Part shown: piece by piece, positions 59,971 through 64,000 of the stretch
Layout of the letters: every line of letters begins with the position of its first letter
How positions within the stretch are numbered: the stretch's first letter is position 1
From: Sedimentisphaerales bacterium
Lineage (GTDB): Bacteria > Planctomycetota > Phycisphaerae > Sedimentisphaerales > SM23-30
Length of the DNA: 64,000 nt
Direction: 5' to 3'
Assembly (NCBI GenBank): GCA_963663965.2
Contig: CAXXFK010000011.1
Location: 1-64,000 of the forward strand
The notes under the pieces: generated by a model
What the model was told of the DNA's origin: nothing
The model's input: only the letters and a program-made list of their open reading frames with translations
Databases searched by the model: none
Made by a program: the position numbers and the translations under genes

Positions 59971-62748
59971 TTAATTCACCGCAAACACTTTCATCACTTC
60001 ATCGCCCAGATGATTAATCACCTTGACCGCGATCCGGCCCGATTGCGGCTTCTGGAAGGGCCGCGACAGATCGCTGCACAGCGACTCCCATGCCTCCCGG
60101 TCGATCTCCGCCTTCAGACTGGTTTTCAGCGCCTTATACGGATCGTTGGCCCCCAGAAAATAGGCATGGCGAACGAAAAAACTCTCCTCGTTATAGTCGG
60201 TATCGATAAACCAGCAGGCAATCCCCTCGGCCCCGTCGCTGCGCACCTCGCCCGTCTGCGGATGGAATACATCCACTCCGTTGATCTTCACCCGGATCGT
60301 ATCGTCCCCGCCATCGATAATCTCGATATCCGGCTCCCCGAATATCACAAACAGGTTGCCCTGCCCGGTATTCTTCAGATCGGCCGCCATGTGCAGATCG
60401 GCGTTCATACGCGCCTTCAACACCGGCAACCGGCCCAACCGGTCAAATTCGCTGGCGCGCGCTTCATAACTGAACGCGCACGCGATCAGCACATCGAACC
60501 CGGCGTCGCCCGCCTCTCGCGCCGCCGCCGCCAGATCGGCCCGCTGCACTGTGCCAAATTCCGGCCCGATCAATATCGCCGCCCGCCGTTCGATCTCCCC
60601 TTCAAAATAACGGCCCTCGGCGCACACATAATGGCCCGGCCACGGCGTCAGGCTGGTAAAATTGATCTTGTCCTGCTTATGCGCCTGCTGCACCCCGGCC
60701 GTCTTCAAATTCTCCAGGATCATCTGGGCAAAGTCCACCAGCTCGCTCTGCCGGCCCGTCACATTCGGATCGATCAGGTTATCCGCTTCATCCACCCCCA
60801 GTGCCCGGTGCGGACTCAGACTCTCCACCGTAAACGGACCCGCCACCCGCACCTTCTTGCGGTCCTCATACGGCTTGTCGTACAGATATTCAAAGTCCGC
60901 CTTCGCCGCGATTGAACCGTCGATCTCCTGCTGACGCGCGATCCGCCCCTGCCACCACTGCCCGTGCAGGTTCTTGACCGCCGCGGGCCACTTCTCATCC
61001 GCCTCCCGCGGTATCTCCCAATCCTGCCAGCGCTTTTTCAATGCCTGATTGATCTGCTCGCGCAGCGGCTCCAGTTTGTCCTGCCACTGCTCCCAGATCA
61101 CATCGATCTCCGCATTGTTCGCAATTGACTTCAGCGTGATGTGCGGCACCCGCTCATACACAAAGCCCTGCCGGATATTGCCGTATACCGGCTGACTGCT
61201 CGCCGCCGTCTGGGTGACCTCCGCTTCCTTCAACTGACCCTCCCGCGAATCGGCCAGCAGATAAAACGGATAACGCGCCCCCATCACCCGCGCCCGCGCC
61301 AACGCCAAAGCCACCCGCGAAGTATCAACTGTGATCCAGCGCCGACCCCACTGCTCCGCGACAGTCGCCGTTGTGCCGCTTCCACAGGTTGGATCCAACA
61401 CCAAGTCGCCGGGATCAGTGGCCATTAATATGCAACGCTGAATGATTCTAGAACTTGTTTGAACAACATATACTTTATCCACCGCACCACCTCCATCCCA
61501 CCAACTATTGGTCAGGGCAGTAACTGGATAATCCTCCCGGTAGTAGATCCAGCGCATCGTCTTTCCAGCAACAATAAGGCGTCCAGCACGGTCCATTCGA
61601 GACATCCCCTCTGCGTTGGGTTTCCAACTCATGCCCGAAACAGGTTTGTAGACATTACCCTCAAATGACCACGGATACATGCAGGTAAGTGTTGAACCTG
61701 AAGATGTCAGCGAAACGGTCATATAGCTCTTTGCGTCTTCTCGCCGTGTCCGCGCTGGAATTTTTCCACTCGCGACCATTTGCTCAATTTCAGATGTAGA
61801 GCGATACGCCTCATCAATTGCGGATTCTGATTTATCCAAAAACAATGGTCTGAATTTCGCTTGTACGCGGGATTTTGCAAACCATAAAACCATATCGAAA
61901 GTACCACTCAAAAATGTCGAGCCCAAGCCGCCTGTTGTTCGATAAACAATTTGGTTAATAAAATTCTCTTCCCCAAACACCTCATCCATCAGCGCCCGCA
62001 CCCGATGGACATTCTCATCCCCAATCTGAACGAATATCGAACCGGAATCAGTCAGCAGATCCCGCGCCACTGTCAATCGGTCACGCAGATAGGTCAGATA
62101 ACTGTGGATGCCATCGCGCCAGGTATCGCGAAAGGCCCGCACCTGTTCCGGCTCGCGGGTGATATGATCGGTCTTGCCATCCTTGACATCGCGGCTGGTG
62201 GTGGACCACTGAAAGTTGCTGTTGAATTTGATGCCGTAGGGTGGATCGAGATAGATGCACTGCACCTTCCCACGCAGCCCTTCGCGCTCGGCCAGACTCG
62301 CCATCACCTGCAAGCTGTCCCCCAGGATCATCCGGTTGGACCAGTTCTGGTCATGCTGATAGAATTCGGTCTTGGCGTTGGTGTCGGGCAGCCCGTTAAA
62401 ATCCTCATACATATCCGCAAACAGCAGCGGCGCGCTGTCTGTCTCTTTGTCCCGCTGTTTCTGGTGGGTCTGGCGGATCAGGTCATCAATCAGTACCTTG
62501 GGATGCACCTTTTCCTGAATGTAAATCGGCGGTACCGGCACCACCAGGTCCGACCAGTCCTGCTCATCCTTGCCCCGCCATACCAGTTGCGGGTCCAGAT
62601 CGGCATTGCGCGGATAGCGCAAAGTGGTCACTTGCTGATCCTGCTGCTTGAGCACCGACTGATATTCGGCAGTAGGGATATTCTTACGCGAATCCTCGCT
62701 ATGCAATAAGGTTTCAACGGTCTTGGTAACTTTTTTCTTTTTTGCCAT
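59971..62748 (-). CDS. mod: Type III restriction-modification methyltransferase (Mod, beta-class amino-MTase)
   Basis: ILGDSL, IYLDPPYG (motif IV), VLDPTCGSGTT (motif I), C-terminal IAVKVIN..G.E. Confidence 0.92.
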   Translation of the reverse strand: MAKKKKVTKTVETLLHSEDSRKNIPTAEYQSVLKQQDQQVTTLRYPRNADLDPQLVWRGKDEQDWSDLVVPVPPIYIQEKVHPKVLIDDLIRQTHQKQRDKETDSAPLLFADMYEDFNGLPDTNAKTEFYQHDQNWSNRMILGDSLQVMASLAEREGLRGKVQCIYLDPPYGIKFNSNFQWSTTSRDVKDGKTDHITREPEQVRAFRDTWRDGIHSYLTYLRDRLTVARDLLTDSGSIFVQIGDENVHRVRALMDEVFGEENFINQIVYRTTGGLGSTFLSGTFDMVLWFAKSRVQAKFRPLFLDKSESAIDEAYRSTSEIEQMVASGKIPARTRREDAKSYMTVSLTSSGSTLTCMYPWSFEGNVYKPVSGMSWKPNAEGMSRMDRAGRLIVAGKTMRWIYYREDYPVTALTNSWWDGGGAVDKVYVVQTSSRIIQRCILMATDPGDLVLDPTCGSGTTATVAEQWGRRWITVDTSRVALALARARVMGARYPFYLLADSREGQLKEAEVTQTAASSQPVYGNIRQGFVYERVPHITLKSIANNAEIDVIWEQWQDKLEPLREQINQALKKRWQDWEIPREADEKWPAAVKNLHGQWWQGRIARQQEIDGSIAAKADFEYLYDKPYEDRKKVRVAGPFTVESLSPHRALGVDEADNLIDPNVTGRQSELVDFAQMILENLKTAGVQQAHKQDKINFTSLTPWPGHYVCAEGRYFEGEIERRAAILIGPEFGTVQRADLAAAAREAGDAGFDVLIACAFSYEARASEFDRLGRLPVLKARMNADLHMAADLKNTGQGNLFVIFGEPDIEIIDGGDDTIRVKINGVDVFHPQTGEVRSDGAEGIACWFIDTDYNEESFFVRHAYFLGANDPYKALKTSLKAEIDREAWESLCSDLSRPFQKPQSGRIAVKVINHLGDEVMKVFAVN

Positions 62749-62751
62749 GGA

Positions 62752-64000
62752 TTAATCCTGTTTGTTTGAAACGGTCCGGGCCGATTCGATCATCTGGTTA
62801 AATTCCGCTTGCACCTTCGCGGCGAAATCGGCTTCGATCCGATAGACTTCCGTCAGTTCGGCAAAGGCCCAACGGCCGTAATTGCCCAGCCGGTTCACCC
62901 CCGGTATCCAATAGGTTTCCATTGTCAGTTTCTTGTCCTTGGCGTCTTCGCCCCGGTAGCCCTTGATCTCCACCACCAGATTCAACGGGTCGTCCGGGCC
63001 GCGTCCGTCATCCACCCGCACAATAAAATCCGGCCGGTACCGGCGGGTATCCGAGCCATATTGATAGGGCACTTCAAAACCCAGGTTGTGATTTTTGACA
63101 TAAGCCAGCACTGCTGGATGTTTCTCCGCCACCCGGCAGAACTCCGCCTCCCAGTCGCCGTCCAGGATCACCCAGTTGATATGACACCGCCGGGAATCGG
63201 TCTGCCAGCGGTCCGTCTTCGAAGTGGTAAAATTCACAAAACACGTGGAACCGGTCGGATTGTAAGGATCGAGGATCGCCTTGATCGATTGGGTCTGTTC
63301 ATGGGCGCGGGTGATGGCCGCGGTAATCCGCTCACAGGCCATGTCCATCAGGGTCTTGTATTTGAGCTGCGCGCGATAAGTGCCCCCGCGGCAATGCAGA
63401 TACTGCTCCACCCATTGGCGGGCGATGTGCTTCAGTTGCCCGAAAAGCTGCAACGGCGGATCAGCCCCCGGCTCGCGCCATTTGTGCATCACCAGATAAG
63501 AAGTCAGTTCATAAACGATCTGCGCGGTGCGGATGGCCCCGGTATGAACCAGATTCAAGTCAACCGGCTCGCCGACAATGCCGGAGTTTTTCGTTTCGGT
63601 CGCTCCCACCATCTCCGGCGTCAGTTCCAGATGCGAATCCGGCGTAAAACTCGCCGCCAGCCGTTCGCGCGGCAGTTCCACCCGGTAGCCCATCACCCTC
63701 GGAAATACGATCTCCAGCGCGTCCCGCTCCGGCCGCATCGCCTTGACCTGGATGAGTCGGGCGGCGGGCGGCTGCGGTATCACCACGACCGGCTTGGCCG
63801 TAAAGTTAAATGGAATCCCCAGCACATCGGCGTATTCCGCCTTGAAGCGGTTATCCTCGTCCAGATCGTACGATAACCGGCGCAGCGCCCGGCCGATCAC
63901 CTGTTCGCACAGCAGTTGCGTCCCGAACGCCCGCACCCCCAGCACATGCGTCACATTGTTCGCGTCCCAGCCCTCGGTCAGCATCGACACCGACACCACG
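62752..64000 (-). CDS. res: Type III restriction endonuclease Res, 5'-truncated by the window edge
   Basis: VSMLTEGWD, EQVIGRALRR (helicase motifs V/VI); YRPDF...VEIKG PD-(D/E)xK nuclease; adjacent to mod. Confidence 0.9.
   Translation of the reverse strand, partial: VVSVSMLTEGWDANNVTHVLGVRAFGTQLLCEQVIGRALRRLSYDLDEDNRFKAEYADVLGIPFNFTAKPVVVIPQPPAARLIQVKAMRPERDALEIVFPRVMGYRVELPRERLAASFTPDSHLELTPEMVGATETKNSGIVGEPVDLNLVHTGAIRTAQIVYELTSYLVMHKWREPGADPPLQLFGQLKHIARQWVEQYLHCRGGTYRAQLKYKTLMDMACERITAAITRAHEQTQSIKAILDPYNPTGSTCFVNFTTSKTDRWQTDSRRCHINWVILDGDWEAEFCRVAEKHPAVLAYVKNHNLGFEVPYQYGSDTRRYRPDFIVRVDDGRGPDDPLNLVVEIKGYRGEDAKDKKLTMETYWIPGVNRLGNYGRWAFAELTEVYRIEADFAAKVQAEFNQMIESARTVSNKQD

Noticed and set aside
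59971..62748. Phase-variable mod (phasevarion)
   Set aside because: No simple-sequence repeat tract seen in the ORF other than a short Lys-codon A-run at the start; frame intact
1..64000. tRNA, rRNA, integron integrase/attC, reverse transcriptase
   Set aside because: None recognised by eye; a covariance-model scan would be needed to exclude small RNAs

Overview
Bacterial chromosomal window. Its gene content suggests Planctomycetota/Phycisphaerae (Sedimentisphaerales-like); this is an inference from the gene families present. From left to right: (1) a minus-strand type IV pilus/T2SS-like locus (pilB-pilT-pilB-pilC, five prepilins and a large PilX/GspK-like gene running off the left edge); (2) a ~9 kb accessory region (14.1-23.5 kb) where one intact and two HUH-deleted REP-associated tyrosine transposase (RAYT/Y1) units, bounded by hairpin-like inverted repeats, alternate with AT-rich immunity-like genes and an orphan Rhs/Tox-REase-7 cassette, together with a MITE, a 1.3-kb duplication and many short dispersed repeats; (3) an H-X9-DG-type prepilin, a group III phosphofructokinase, a polyphosphate cluster (CHAD, HD, ppx, ppk1) and carboxy(nor)spermidine genes; (4) rnr, an FlgI-like lipoprotein, smc and a DNA-repair-type radical SAM gene; (5) a LamG/GLUG secreted protein and two Tat-exported Gfo/Idh/MocA oxidoreductases; (6) a tightly coupled five-gene isoprenoid operon (Fe-S protein, radical SAM enzyme resembling archaeal GDGT ring synthases, DUF116-polyprenyl synthase fusion, prenyltransferase-beta-like protein, DxDD squalene-hopene-cyclase-like enzyme); (7) a type III restriction-modification pair. 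The two best candidates for an undescribed system are the isoprenoid operon and the RAYT-linked toxin/immunity cassette array. Three genes have single-base frameshifts in 4-nt homopolymers, possibly assembly errors. All family assignments come from motif reading by eye; no database search was run.
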